From: Octopus bimaculoides
Taxonomy: Eukaryota
Assembly: GCF_001194135.2 (NCBI RefSeq)
Contig: NC_068983.1
Coordinates: 159,823,868 to 159,887,867 of the forward strand
DNA length: 64,000 nucleotides
Direction: 5' to 3'
Below the pieces are notes generated by a model, which searched no databases, was not told where the DNA came from, and worked only from the letters and a program-made list of their open reading frames with translations. This document shows, in pieces, positions 36,342 to 50,244 of this stretch; positions within the stretch are counted from its first letter, which is position 1, and every line of letters begins with the position of its first letter. The translations under genes and the position numbers were made by a program.

Positions 36342-39300
36342 ATAGGGGATTTCACCTCTGTCTTAGATGGACGTCTCGAATGCATGTGAGTATCTGATAG
36401 ATGAGGGTGTAAAAGCCTCAAAAACCTGCTTACACGTTTTCAATTGTCTGACAGGTACCGACTAGATTATCCGAATGTGCCAATGTGAACTTAGACAAAC
36501 CGCATCGGGTCATCTAGATCGTATTTAGATGAGGTATTTTGTAGGAGAGTGGACAAGGATAGCATAGGGTGTCCACAATTTCACATGGTCGGCTACACAG
36601 ACCACAAATTTGTGATCTGTACAGTCGACTTCGATAGGCTTCATAGACAGGGTCCCGGTTACTGGAAGCTGAACACGTCCTTACCGGCATGTCAAGCTTA
36701 CAGAGACCGGATTAGCGAATTAGTTAAGCAGGCGTTGACGGGGACAATCGTCAACAACAACTGGTGGTTTGTTCTCAAAAGAACAATTAGAATATAATGC
36801 ATTAGGTTTTGCAAGGCATTAGCGGTAGAGAGAAATGGAATAGAGGGAGATTTAGTTAGAAAGTTAGATGAGGTGCTTAGGACAGTCATGGCAACTGACA
36901 TATTGGCGGCGAGATTCGCTCTGAACCAATGTTTCGACGCCAGACATGAAGGCTGCGTTGTCAGAGCTAAGGCGGCGAGGGAACGAAAGCGTCACGATGG
37001 ACCCACGTGGTAGAGGCGAAAGTGGCAATAAAGCCACCATTCGGTCTTTGGTGGACCAGAGCGGAAGCGTGGTGTTTTAACCGAAACATGTGTACGGCTT
37101 TTCAGCGACACTTAGCTCGACTGTTCAGGAAAAAATACGACTTTTCAGCGGCAGTTTGTTCGACTGTTTAGGACGAATGGTTGTAAGGATAACAGGGCAG
37201 ACTTCGGTGTCTACCTGGACGGACGGCCTGCCACAACTCTCGGTGAGCGAGGCGGAGTGCTGCAAAAGTCCTATAACAGCTGCGGAGATACAGGAAGCGA
37301 TGAAAAGTTGCATGAGAGATAGATAGCCTGGTTTGGATGGTCTGACCTACGAGCTTTATACTTCAATGCCAAACTTGTTTGCAGGCCTCTTAGCAAATGA
37401 CTACCGCAACTGGCAGCAGAATGAGAGAATTTCCACTTTTGTCTGTCGAGGAGCGGTAGCACTGTTGAGAAAGGATCCAAACAAGGGGGACGTTATAGAG
37501 AATTTTAGGCCCATAACTCTGCTCAATGCAGAGTTGATGATTTTGAACACGGTATCAGCCACAATAACCTCTATCTCATGCGTTACATCATAGAGAGTGT
37601 GGGTAACGAGGCTGGCATGAGTGGGGATCTGATCAATTTAGATCAGTCTAAAGCCTTTGATAAGGTCGACCATTGATACTTGGCAGCTGTCCTCAAGGCA
37701 GCCGGTTTCATCCGGTTTCATCCGGTTTCATCCGGTTTCATCCAGTTTTCCGCGGTTGGATCGCTGGTTTGTACAGCGGCATCTGCTCGGTTGTTCAGGT
37801 AAATGGTCACCTGTTGGAGCCATTCAGCATATTGCATTCCGTCCGTCAAGGGTGCTCTCTTTCCTCCCTTCTGTATGTACTGACTCTTGAGCCATTACTG
37901 CGGAAGTTGGAGACTTTGTTGGGTGTCCTGCGTANNNNNNNNNNACTGCGGAAGTTGGAGACTTTGTTGGGTGTCCTGCGTAATCTAGGATGTGGGAGAA
38001 GTGTGTCTGCTTACGCTGATGATGTCACCGTCATAGAATCGAACCAAAGGCATATAGAATTGATTGGTGAAACACTACAGGAATATGAAGCGGTGACAGG
38101 AGCAAAAATTAACGCGAGAAAGTGAGTCGGCTTGCAACTCGGCAACTGGAGAGGCAAGTCCATGCCGTCAAACAGCGTCGTGGGGCACTGGACAGACGGT
38201 TCCGTTAAGTTGCTCGGAGTTTGGTTTTGTCCGAACTTCTAGGTGGAGAAGAACTAGGACGAGGTAACAAGCAGAGTAACCAGTCTCACCCAGAAATGTG
38301 CCGAGAGGAAGCTGAGCTGGAAAGGTCGAGAGGAGGTGGCAAATGCGTAGATCACATTCGTCATCTACTACCACTTGACTGTTATCCCTTGCCCTGTTTG
38401 CTAGTTGACCAAGCTAGTGCGCTTACACTTCCGCTTTCTGTGGAAGGGGTGCGTTCTACTGGTCAGGTGCTCCATCAGCAGTCAACAGCTGCTGAATGGA
38501 GGGCTGCACATGCCGAAGTTACTGATGCGCAGACATGCACTGAGGTTGAGGCATCTCCCGCGATTCCTTGACGGTGACCAGGTGTGATCACCGTTTGTAA
38601 GAGTCAATTTTCCACAGCTTGTCTCTTCGATAGAGCTGCAATTCTGGATTAGGCTTAGACCGAGGAAGGACGCTTGGCGCTTCAAGTGCCGTCAAGCCCT
38701 CACCAGGAGGGCAATGCGGTCGGTGTTTGTTCCACTCTAGCGTTCTATAGTGGGCTAGTGGAGGGATAGTGCGACGACGTTCTCAGGGAAAGTCTGGGTG
38801 TCGATGAAGATTAACTAACCGGTGTGTTTCGGAGAACTTTCGGGCCTGGGGCTATGAATATCTTCCAGAAATCCCTTGCCTGGCAGTGCTACCGTGGAGC
38901 GCTGCCTGTCCGGGATAGACTTTACAGGTACGGAAGTGCTGTCAGCCGGACCTCTCCGAGGTGCGCCCGGAACGATGAAACCGTTCTGCACGCCCTAGTC
39001 CATTGCCCGAGTATTGGTCACCTGTGGGTTTATGTTGAATACATGCTGTCGCGTGTGGGACGATCCGGCTATCAGCTGAATCCATTGTGAAGATTGTTCT
39101 GCCACCCTCTTTTGGCCGGGAGGGGAAGGCAATTTTTATTTGTCTAGTGGCTGTAGCGAAAGAAGTAGTATGGTGGACTCGTTTGAAAGGGCTAAAGACA
39201 GACACTTTCCACTTTGGCCAAGTCCTCATCAACCTCTTCACATTTCCTTTGAGAAGAAACTTGAGGGTGGAGAGGGAAGTGTTGCCTTGTAGTAAGTTTG

Positions 39301-39595
39301 TTGAAAGGTGGGTAAATGTTGGAGGAATGACCAGTGTGAAAGGACCAATTCTGAGCGTGTACCTGTAAAAGAAAGGAGAAGGGCTCTTGCCCTGTTGTTC
39401 AGGCACCCATGGCTATTGTGGGTTTTTTCACGAGGACTTTAAAGCGCCTCTCCTATTGAGAGTTTTAATTTGTTCAATTTTTATTATTACATTGTGTACT
39501 CGCGAAAACCCATTACATCGTCCTGTTTTTGTCTTTTATGTTGTATGTCATTTAATGTTTGGCATGTGAGCCCTAGTGACTAAAATAAAGAATAA

Positions 39596-39596
<1 letters not shown>
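36342..39596 (+). mobile_element. Tx1/L1-clade LINE ORF2, 5'-truncated within the APE domain, decayed
   Basis: IGDFTSVLD; YTDHKFV; GPGYWKLNTSL; NFRPITLLNAE; LDQSKAFDKVDH; VRQGCSLSSLLYVLTLEPL; AYADDVTV; zinc knuckle PRCARNDETVLHALVHCP. AATAAA precedes a (TTA)n tail. Internal (CCGGTTTCAT)x4 at 37702-37741. Confidence 0.95.
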
Positions 39597-39662
<66 letters not shown>

Positions 39663-39812
39663 GGCTGCGAGCTGGCAAAATAAGGTCAAGCAACTGACAA
39701 AAAAATCTGCGGTATTGAGCAAAATATTTGATGTAGCCCATCCTTATTATTATTATTATTATTATTATTATTTTATGTTTGACTTNNNNNNNNNNTTGTT
39801 GTTATTATTAAC
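39596..39812. repeat. (TTA)n arrays enclosing a diverged SINE head (about 39662-39740), between the Tx1 and R4 3' ends
   Basis: Read directly. GGCTGCGAGCTGGCAAAA resembles the GGTGGCGAGCTGGCAGAA SINE head. Confidence 0.8.
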
Positions 39813-42800
39813 ATATGTTTGACTTGCTTTGTATTTATAGAAGTCGACTCCAAGTCTCATCCAGAGACCTCAAGAGACAACAGCTTAGACGTTCAAGTTG
39901 GTATTATGTCTAGAGTATCATGTATTTGGTTTTACACATAGTATTGTTCTATGGAATGTTTAAGAAAACAAGAGAATTATAAGTTTATTTTAAAATTTGA
40001 GATTACATAGACAGTATTTTACGTAGGATATAGGCAGTTCCCATGAGCACTATCTTTTGAATTTATGCCATTTTCGGGTTTCCTGGTATACGAGCTAGGT
40101 AGGAATCAGCCCCGTTTGCTATCATTTCTATGTCATCTGTGAGAACAGGTATTGTTTTTGTCTTGAGGTTCCATATTTTGCCAATTTCTATTTCAAGATC
40201 TTTATAATTGGTCAGGCTTTGGTACGTCTTGACAGATAAATTTATATAGTCATATAAACGAGGAGATATGATTTTTATCTGTAGTCTTTCAATATAATGT
40301 CTGGCCTCTTCGCATCTATCTTTCTGTCAGTTTGAATGGTGAAGATCCAGAGGAGTGCGATGTGATCATTTTCAAGCACTGGAGGTGGTTTGTGTTCCCA
40401 CCACTTTTTATTGTGGGGCAGGTCCGGATTTTTGCAAATTACCCAATGAATATATTGTGCTGCTCTATGATGCCTGTTGAGATACTCTGTAGGCGCATGA
40501 ACTCTGCACATGGAGACAGCATGACCAATGGTTTCATTTTGTTGTTTACATACACAACATGTGGAGCTACTGCCTTTCTTTAATATGTTGGTCCGGTAGT
40601 ACCTTGTAGGTAGGCATTGATCTTGGGTTCCTATGCTAAGCCCTTCTGTTTCTGATTTTAAGCCAGAAGCCATTAACCGCTGATGGGTAAGGTCTTTGTC
40701 AACATCGGCACTATTAACTCTTTTTGGGTATTTGCCATTGAGAGGTGTTTCTTGCCATTTATCACAAACAATATCTAAGGCAGCAATTTTACCCGGGTTT
40801 TTATACGCTTAGCTATTTTTGGGCTTGTTTCTAGTACGTTTAATTTTGGAATTTGTTGTATTTGGAATTGACTTAGATATTCTTTTGCCTGTTTTGCTTC
40901 TGCGAATGATGCTTCCTTGTTTTCATGTTTTGAAACAAGTTTTAAAATCTAGTCATAAGAGTTTTTCAGGTAGGGGTCTAGGAAAATTGTGGCAATCTTC
41001 ATTGTTAATTCCAGTTGCAAAAGTCCACAGCCACCCTATTTTCTTGGCAGTAAAATCATTCTATAGCTGCCTTAGGGTGGTGCATTCTATACATTGTCAA
41101 CCACTTTCGTATTTTTTTCTGTCACGACTGCATATTTCAATAATTGAGCAGTTAATGATATTGAAACTGTAAGCCACGATCAGTATGGCTAAAGTATTGA
41201 TCTCTTCGGTCCTGTTTCTTGCATTCAGCTCTGTCTTGAGTATTGCACTTACCCTGCGATAACATTCTCTTCTGATGCTTTCCCTCATCACTGAATGTTT
41301 GATTCCATTACCTTCAAATATCCCTAGGTATTTGTAGCTCTGCGCTGGTTCTAATTCCTTTATGACACTCTGCTGGTCAAGATTAACATTGGATGTTTCT
41401 GTCAGTTTTCATTTGATAAAGTTAGTTTTTGCACATTTATCAAGGCCAAATTGCATCCTGATGCCATGGCTAAATTGTTTAACAATTGCTAGTAAGCCCT
41501 GTAAATTGTTTGTCATTATTTGCAAAGAGCTCTAAATCATCCATGCAAATTAGATGATTTATATTTTTATCAAACATTTTATAACCGTACTGTTCATCAT
41601 TGAGCAATTTAGAGAGAGAGGTATTAAGGCTAGACAAAAGAGAAGTGGTGATAGAGAGTCACCCTGGAAAATGCCACATGAAATTCTTGTATTTCCATCA
41701 TTAAGGGTATTCATTGTCACTGTTCAAAATCAGTGTGGTTCTCCATGATCTCATACATACAGACGAAAAGTTTCGCAGAGTAGGTGCTATTTTATACATT
41801 TACACGCATTTATTAATCCATCTATGTGGTAGACTATCAAAAGCCTTTTTATTATCTATCCAGTCTATTAACAAGTTTTTGTGTCGTTTGTGACAATCTT
41901 CTAAGATCATCGTATTGATGAGTAGCTGATCTTTACAACCATAAGACCCACGTTTACATCCTTTTTGCTCATTAGGGAATATGCCACTTTTTATTGAAAA
42001 ACGATATGTATATACAGTCAAGTCAGATGTTAGTATTTAATACATTGTTGTTAAGCAAGTTATGAGTTTATAATTATTTGGTTCATTTGTTTCTTCATAT
42101 TTTGGAAGTAGGAATGTTAAACCATAAACAAGCCAAGAGGGAATCATACTAGGTTGCTGGAAAACGTTGTAAAGTTTTGTTAGCAGTTCATAGCTCTCTG
42201 GGAAGGCATTCAACCAGAATTTTATCCTTTTCTGGAGACTTCCATTTGCTTCACCTTCTGAGTGCAGATCTTACATACTCTACCATGATACCCTCCTACT
42301 TTTGCTCTTCTAATGAGTCTACGTCTGTGGATATTCTACCAACCCAAGGGGCCTTTTCATTGTGTGTTTTTACTTCTGCCCAAGTTTTATTCCTCAATTC
42401 CTGCACTTTTTCTTTTGATGGGACAGACTTTACTGTAACTGATATCTTCTTGTAAAAAAAGTTGGGTTATTTTTGAACATGTTGTTGTCCTTGAGGTATC
42501 TAACTCGCTTTTCATACCTTGCTATGCAGGAAGCTTTAGCACATACCATTTGCTTGATGGTTTCTATGGTGGTACCAATGCCAAATATGGTTTTCATATT
42601 CTATTTCTTCTTTAATTTTCGGGATTTTGTAGGNNNNNNNNNNNNNNNNNNNNNNNNNNNNNNNNNNNNNNNNNNNNNNNNNNNNNNNNNNNNNNNNNNN
42701 NNNNNNNNNNNNNNNNNNNNNNNNNNNNNNNNNNNNNNNNNNNNNNNNNNNNNNNNNNNNNNNNNNNNNNNNNNNNNNNNNNNNNNNNNNNNNNNNNNNN

Positions 42801-43800
42801 NNNNNNNNNNNNNNNNNNNNNNNNNNNNNNNNNNNNNNNNNNNNNNNNNNNNNNNNNNNNNNNNNNNNNNNNNNNNNNNNNNNNNNNNNNNNNNNNNNNN
42901 NNNNNNNNNNNNNNNNNNNNNNNNNNNNCGGATTTTACCAATTATTTTCAGGTTTTAGTTAGAATTGCGAATCTCTGGGAGAGTGTCGTGTTCATTCATA
43001 CAGATTTCTTTAATTTTTATCCATTCAATCATGTTTTATATTTTAGATTATCTAGTTCTGTTGGGTCAATCTCTATATGATTTTCATCTGCTTTGATGTT
43101 TATGGTTGGTTCAGAGAGTATTTTACTTCGCCTATCAGTTACATTAACTCTTTCAATCATTATTGCATTTTCATCAGCCCTGAACTGGTCTATAATTATT
43201 TCGTCTGTAGTATCTTCTTTAGCTCCAGCTTCGTTCCTTTTATCCCATACTGATTGTTTAATTCGGTCAATCTCTACTTCAGTTAGTAATTTCTTTGACA
43301 TAATGTTTCTTCTGGCGTTGGCCAGTTTGTTACTGCCTCAGTAGGGTCTTACTTCAAGGTGCTTCTGTCTCCCGTTTAAGTAGGTTTGTTCAGTATTAGA
43401 TTTATTCGTGGGGAAATATATGGCATGGTAGAGAGCCGTTAGAACTTCTTTATTATCTCCCCTGTACCATTTTCTTCCATCTCCTATGTTTCGGGAAGAT
43501 TTGAACCAGTAGGTGATTTTTCGTTATCGAATCTGGTTCATCGTTCGTGTACGTGGCTCTTGGTGTTTCTGTCGACGACCGATTCGGTTTGTATTTTGTT
43601 TTGTTATCATTGAGGCATGTCGAGCTTGGACGTTGGCATTAGCGGACGGATCTATCTGTTTAGGATTAATATTTTGAGACAACACCGCCTCCGAGTTCTC
43701 TGCATGTAAACATTCCTCGTAACATAGCTTCTTATGGCTAACAGATCTGTTTTCGTCTGTATTTTTTGGTTGATAGATTTATTTCCGGGCTTAGTTTTTT
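39812..43800 (-). mobile_element. R4/Dong-clade LINE (RT plus restriction-like endonuclease), near full length, decayed
   Basis: N-terminus KLANARRNIMSKKLLTEVEIDRIK; [32 protein letters not shown] and HLICMDDL; CCHC/RLE region CCVCKQQNETIGHAVSMC..YLNRHH..KRPDIILKD; a 3' (TAA)n tail. Confidence 0.95.
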
Positions 43801-44302
43801 TGTGGTGCTTCTAAACTTATGAATTGTTCACTCTGTAAGTTCGAAAAAAAAAATAGTTTCTCTTTGTCTTCGCTTCGTTTGTGACACGTGTTTTCATATG
43901 CCTGAATGTGTTTCCTGTAAATTTCACGTAGTTGAGTAAACATTGAGATGTATGCGTAGTCTTACGGGTATGTATCAAAATGGATATATGATTGTGTAGA
44001 CATTCGTGTGTATGCGTAATTACTCAATTTATGCACTTACTGTTTTGTTCCATTTATATTTTATAATTTGTAAACTTTCCAGTGTTGATTTCGCGTGTGT
44101 TTCGTACATGTTTCACTGAGACATCGTGCATAGGAAAAACTGTGCTTTGTATGAGAGTGATTATTTTCGTAACAAAGCCGCCTCCTTCAAGTCTTCCACA
44201 GGTTCCTTTACCCCATTCCATCGATGATATTAGATTAGTTTTGTTTTTGAATGGAAAGCCCGGTGTAGCACATCTATGTTATTAGTCAGCGCGGGGTTCT
44301 TT

Positions 44303-44593
44303 CTTCTTCTTCTTCTTCTTCTTCTTCTTCTTCTTCTTCTTCTTCTTCTTCTTCTTCTTCTTCTTCTTCTTCTTCTTCTTCTTCTTCTTCTTCTTCTTCT
44401 TCNNNNNNNNNNNNNNNNNNNNNNNNNNNNNNNNNNNNNNNNNNNNNNNNNNNNNNNNNNNNNNNNNNNNNNNNNNNNNNNNNNNNNNNNNNNNNNNNNN
44501 NNNNNNNNNNNNNNNNNNNNNNNNNNNNNNTTATTATTATTATTATTATTAATATTATTATTATTATTATTATTATTATTATCATCATCATCA
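44303..44593. repeat. (TTC)n - gap - (TTA)n(TCA)n microsatellite
   Basis: Read directly. It explains the poly-L/E/I ORFs. Confidence 0.95.
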
Positions 44594-44995
44594 AGGTGGC
44601 GAGCTGGCAGAACGGGACTAAGTACTTAGCGGCATTTCTTCTTTCCCTTTACGTTCTAAGTTCAAATTCCGCCGATGTCAACTTCGCCTTTGATCATTCC
44701 TATGTCAATAAGTACTTCCATGTGCACTGGGATCGTTTGCACCGATTCCCACTCCACGCCTGCAATTTGAGACTTTGTGCCTGTAGTAGAAAGAATCATT
44801 TATTACTTTTGTTAAGGTAGCGATCCGGTAGAACCGTTAGAGTGTTGGATAAAATCTTTAACAGAATTTCATCTGACTCATTGCGTTCTGCGTTCAAATT
44901 CCACCGATATCAACTTTGACTTTCATCCTTTCACAGTCGATAGAATAAACACCAGTCATTTAAAATTGCTGGTTTTGCTCCAAAATTTAATATCA
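44594..44995 (+). mobile_element. Two adjacent SINE copies of the 7383 family (about 44594-44715 and 44814-44995)
   Basis: AGGTGGCGAGCTGGCAGAA..GTTCAAATTCCGCCGATGTCAACTTCGCC and AAGGTAGCGATCCGGTAGAACCGTTAG..GTTCAAATTCCACCGATATCAACTTTGACTTTCATCCTTT. Confidence 0.8.
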
Positions 44996-47239
44996 ATATG
45001 ATTATTTTATTACTTGCTAATGTATGGTTTGGAGTTTTCTTCTCTTGGCATGTAGTTGATGTATCTCTGATAAATTATATACTCTGCTGTGCTGGTGTAG
45101 TTCGTGTTTTTCTGCGTGGTTAAGATGAAAGGTAACGGATTTCAAATGTTTTTAAGACAACTGATTTGGTTTCAAGTTTGATTTGAAACTGTGTTGCATA
45201 TTTGGTACACGAGAGACTGTCTACGGACTCTAAAGTGTCAATTATATCTGATCTAAATCATTCTTAAACAAATCCGTTACGGAGCAAGTACATGAAATGT
45301 ATATAAGCTATCAGTGAGAGCTATATGTCAGTCTTTTTACACCTCTCGGAATATATAAGGATCACAAATGATAATTTTTCTCCTTTACTACAAATAAATA
45401 TATTAAAAAATCTCATAAACTGCTATTGAATATTTAATGTCCCTCGGCTATTTCAGTTTATTGGTATTCTATAACATTTTCACCCGCCATATTTCTCTTC
45501 TGAATAATTATTGTACATTATCATGCCTGAAATGATATCAGTTCAGCAACTTTAGATGTGATGTGATTGTTGTCTCTTAACAACTCTAGCGAACAAATTT
45601 TAGTGCTCTTTAGAAATGTGTCAGCGTCACAATCTCATTTCCTTGTGTGTAATAGTTAGAAATTAATTTTTCTGATCTAACGTTTCCGGCTGTACGAAGT
45701 TTGAAAGCTATTTCATATAACTGCTATAACTACTAACTTCTGTTTTATCCAGCTTTTTATAGTTTATTGTCGCTGTTTGTTTCTTGTTGTTTTTCATTTA
45801 TTTGTTAATTTTGCCACCAACTCCGGAAGTTGTATAGATCACCAACAAGAATTTCGCTCTTTTGCAACAAATAACTTTTATCTTCTTTTTAAAACACGAG
45901 ATTAAATATACTTGTAACATAACAAAAGAAATCTTGTATTTTAGGTTGAAGGTTAAGCTAATTCTACACTTCGTATCCGTTGTTAGAAAAGCAAAACAAA
46001 ACATTTAACTCTTTACTAATATTGACAATAAATAAATTGACATGTATTTATTCGAAGTTTCTATAAAAATAACCTAATCTCTACGATTTATAAATATATT
46101 TATTTCTTTTAATTTACATTTATTTGTTGTTTACAGTGTAAAGCTCTTAGTTTGATATATTTTTATAAAGTTTTGCATTCCGATTCGATTTAATTCCATC
46201 GATTTGAGACTTGCATTTTATTTGGATAAATTTTGAAATTACCTGAGAAAATTTATTATTTGTCAGAAGAGAAAGAATAAGAAAGTCAAATAAAAGCTTA
46301 GAGAAAGACAGCGATATTAGCAAAGAGTGCTAATAATGATACACAACTAGAAAAGCGGAAAGAATTTGAATACTTGCTATAAAGGAGAGTGCTCAATAAA
46401 AGTATATGCCAAGAAGAGAAAGTTAAGAAAAAGTTTGAAAGCAGAAAATTGTTTGTACATATGAAACGTCTTTGCAATATATTAAGAGTATAAAATGTGA
46501 AGTGAAGGTTATGGAGGTAAGCTCTAAATGCGAAGGCTCCATGTCTCTTTCTTCTTTCTGGATATAGGTAATCCCTTTCCACATATAAATGTATTACACG
46601 ACAACAGATACCTTGTAGGCATAGGTTCATTTGTTGCCTTTCACAAAATTAATTTTAAACGAAATTAACTTTAAATACGAAATAGAAGTGCTGAATAGTG
46701 ATATATATAAATCTGAAATTCAAATATGCTTGGGGCTTATTCGAAAACATAACAAAGTAATTCACTGTATTTTGTCATGGAGAAAAGTTTTCGTTCTAGA
46801 TTAATAGTTGTAAACACACGAAGGCATTTCGAAGTACCATCTAACCATACTGATGTATGCATGCATTTTGGAGTAGTTATCTCCTTTTCAAAGTTCAGAG
46901 GTTTCACACGAGCCAATTTAAGTTTTAAACACAAAACCATTCAGAACTTTATCATCGATTAAAGACAGAAAATATTGACATTTTTTACCAAAGCATGCTA
47001 CCGATTTCAATCGTTTCAAAAGACGATTTAGCCATGCTGAAAGAGAAAGGAAAATAAATTCAAATAAATATAATTAAATTAATCTTTCATCATATCATTT
47101 CAAGAATTTTACATATTTTCTTATAAAATTGGCATGGTGCTGGTAATTGATTTCCTTCTGATGGCTTGCTGGGCTGTCGTCGTCGTAGTGTATATCGTAT
47201 TTTATATATATATATATATATATCAGAATGCGTCCTATC

Positions 47240-47620
47240 TATGACATTTAACTATATCTGCATCAGGAGGCCAGAGGTTCTGAGGAGTGTGGGAACATTT
47301 CTTATCCACTGTTGTTCCTAGGCCTGCTCTGATCCATAGTAGTAGCACCTGTTAGGGGCCCACATTACGAGTTACGTAGCCTATTTGAGGACAGTCGGGG
47401 TGAGCTTGATCATCATTCCAGCTACTAAAAGTCATATGACAAAGACAACTGTCGACGTGTGCAGACCTAACCAGTTTGAAGCGCACAGTTAATTACAGCT
47501 TTCGTCTGCCATCTCTTCTACAAGCCATGCAAATCCACAGTGGGACTGAATAGTCATCCGAGAGGTCATTGACAAACAACCGTTTATGGACAGCGAATTA
47601 ACACAAGACGACGACAGTTA
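47240..47620 (+). mobile_element. GC-richer repeat-like island, possibly an RTE 5' UTR relic
   Basis: A composition shift plus recalled similarity to molluscan RTE 5' regions. Not verifiable here. Confidence 0.2.
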
Positions 47621-47759
47621 TCTGTGAAGATGGAGTAGTGACCAAATAATATGCACACATATGTGTGTATGTATGTGTAATTGGATATATGTATATGTAT
47701 ATATGTATATATATGTATATATATGTATATATATATATATATGTATGTATATATTTATA

Positions 47760-47810
<51 letters not shown>

Positions 47811-47834
47811 NNNNNNNNNNNNNNNNNNNNNNNN

Positions 47835-47890
<56 letters not shown>

Positions 47891-48479
47891 TGTGTGTGTG
47901 TAAGGCAATATAAATGAGATACAGCTGACCCTCATTTCAATATTTACTTATTGATTACTACACTTGTTTGCAGCATACTGGAGTGATTTCATCTAAATTA
48001 TACTCGATTAGATATCATAAATTGTTATAGTTATAACAAAAAACATATCCACATTTAATATAAAATTGCAATAAAATAAATGCATGTATCCCTTAATAAA
48101 TACTCTGGTAGATGTCTACAATGAATTGCGCTGCCTTAAATATTAATCCAGAATCAATAATACGAATCAAGTATTAACAATTATATAGGCAAATAGAACA
48201 TGTAAATTATCTCATAGTATTCAGATCCCTTGCCTCTCTAATACTTTATATTTAGGTATTTTATTTTGTTTTGATTAGACCAAAATATGCTTAATGCAAA
48301 CATATGATGGCCTACTTACCAAACTTCAGTTATCCCAGACCCAGACAAACAGTTCTTATTTGGAACTATTATGCTAAAGTATTCTATGGATTTAAAAATT
48401 CCAATCAAGTAGTAGAAGAGAATGTTTAGGTCTTCACTTAAAAATAAATGTATGCTAAATATGTGACATCTACAGCAAC

Positions 48480-48960
48480 TTCCTGCAAAACTTCATCCGT
48501 AACATAGCTAGAACTACTTTCCAAAGACTAGCCCGCCACTTCAGGATCAGAAGATATTTTAATCGTTAAACAGTTACTAATATTTTAAAAACTCGGAAGA
48601 AACAAACATTCGCAAAGAGCTCTGCAGCTGCTCATACATAGGAACCCTAAGCCACATTCGTAAAACAGCCATCTGAAGAAGTAGCTTTTGCCTGTGGCTC
48701 GTAGACATTTCTCTCACCTGTCTCTCTGTATTTTCCATCCTTACCAAAATCGCTTCAGGTACATGGATTTGGTTGGCGTTATACCATCTTCACTCAGGCT
48801 TTTCCAGTCTACTTACCTCTCTTTCTGCTATCCTCCTTGTTGAGCCAACACCCAAGTTCTTCAACAATCACTTCAACGAGGTTTTCCTTTCCAGAACTAC
48901 GTTCCTCTAGAATTCCTTCACTGATCATATCTTTCCTGCAATATTTTAAAACGGACATCA
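48480..48960 (-). mobile_element. Decayed RTE LINE fragment (post-YADD region)
   Basis: Motifs in RTE order: GKENLVEV..LGCWL..REVSRL; KSYFFRWLFYECG (cf. YV.S.LLYGCE); ELFANVCFFRVLK (cf. EAFE.WC.RR.LK); VTDEVLQEV (cf. VTNEEVL). Confidence 0.45.
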
Positions 48961-50244
48961 ATGGAATCAGTCTCACCAGCAGAAATAGGTTTCTTCATTG
49001 TATCTTTTATCAAAAGTACTATGTCACAAATGACTATAAATATGAACACACAAAAAAGCCCATTTAGATTTTAAAACTATATGTGATGAAAATAACTTCG
49101 CCACATTACTCTGTGTGCTATAAAACAGAGAAATAATCTGTCTGAGCAGTAAAACTATTAAATTCAGCAAGGGATAATCGTTTCACAGTTAAGTAGGTGC
49201 TGAACTAAATAACGGTTATTCTAACAGGGAGACGATCAGACCAATGAACTCATAAAAAGCAGCAGTTGCCATTTTTATTCTTGCAAGCATCTTAATGCAG
49301 CGCCTGATACTGACATTAATTCTGTACTTGAACTTTGATAAGAACCAGTGATCAGCAGAAATCAATAATCGACAAGAAGAAATAAACTAAAGAAGATTAA
49401 AATGTCATTAGATGCCAGTGTACTTTGAAATGAAGTATTCAAAATACTACTTAAGTTTTAAGTCTAGTTACCAGTGTTGAACTGCGTGGAAGTCTTTTCA
49501 GAAAGCTCGGACAGGATAAATGAGCGTGTTGTGTGTCATTATTGAAAGGTAAATCGTTCTTAAGAGATCGTATTGATGATAATAACTGAACAAACTAACT
49601 TTACTTTCAACACATTCCCTTCAGATTTTAACTGTTCAGATATAGCTGTCATTCTTGTTAAGCAGTTGCATTCAATTATAAATACTATACGGAAAGATTG
49701 ATATTTAATTACTATTTGTTTACTCAAGTCAGCGATCTCTATGATTCGTTCAATTAAAACAAAATTCTATTTTCCTGTCAAATTTCATTATGTAAGTAAC
49801 ATTATGTAACTTAATAAATAACATTTATTTTTATAGCATTTACATTTTTAGAAAAATATATTCTAATTAGAAGTAACGCTTAAGCCTCAATATAAAAAAA
49901 GTGTGCGTAATTTAATTGCTATTAAAAACATATTGTAATATTATTTGTGAATTTGAGGTGATTTCTTTGGCAAATTTTCTGGAAAAAAATTATTGCTTAA
50001 TTACTTTGACTTATAACATTCTTAGACAGAGATTATAGGGTATCTGAACTCAAAATATATTTCACTGGAAATCACGTGGCTTTCAAACATTCCTACAAAC
50101 AATAAATATAAAATATTATAGTACAGTAATGGTCCAATACTATGCAATTTACTTGAACAACTGATACAGTCGGATGAGGAATTTCCAAAACAATGAATTC
50201 TAACTTGAATTAAACAAAGAAATGGAAACAGATTCTCTCTCTGG

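Noticed and set aside
37896-37982. Exact ~38 bp duplication inside the Tx1 RT region
   Set aside because: It flanks a 10-N gap, so it is an unmerged contig overlap. The same applies to TATGTTTGACTT around the 39786-39795 gap.
46560-46630. KCITRQQIPCRH resembles a SWIM zinc finger of a MULE transposase
   Set aside because: One Cys is missing, there are surrounding stops, and I recognised no other MULE motifs.
48817-48935. Apparent 119-bp minus-strand exon (TTGCAG|...GAGAG|GTAAGT; KDMISEGILEERSSGKENLVEV...)
   Set aside because: Neighbouring fragments line up in order with the post-YADD region of RTE LINEs, which explains it better. RNA-seq would settle the question.
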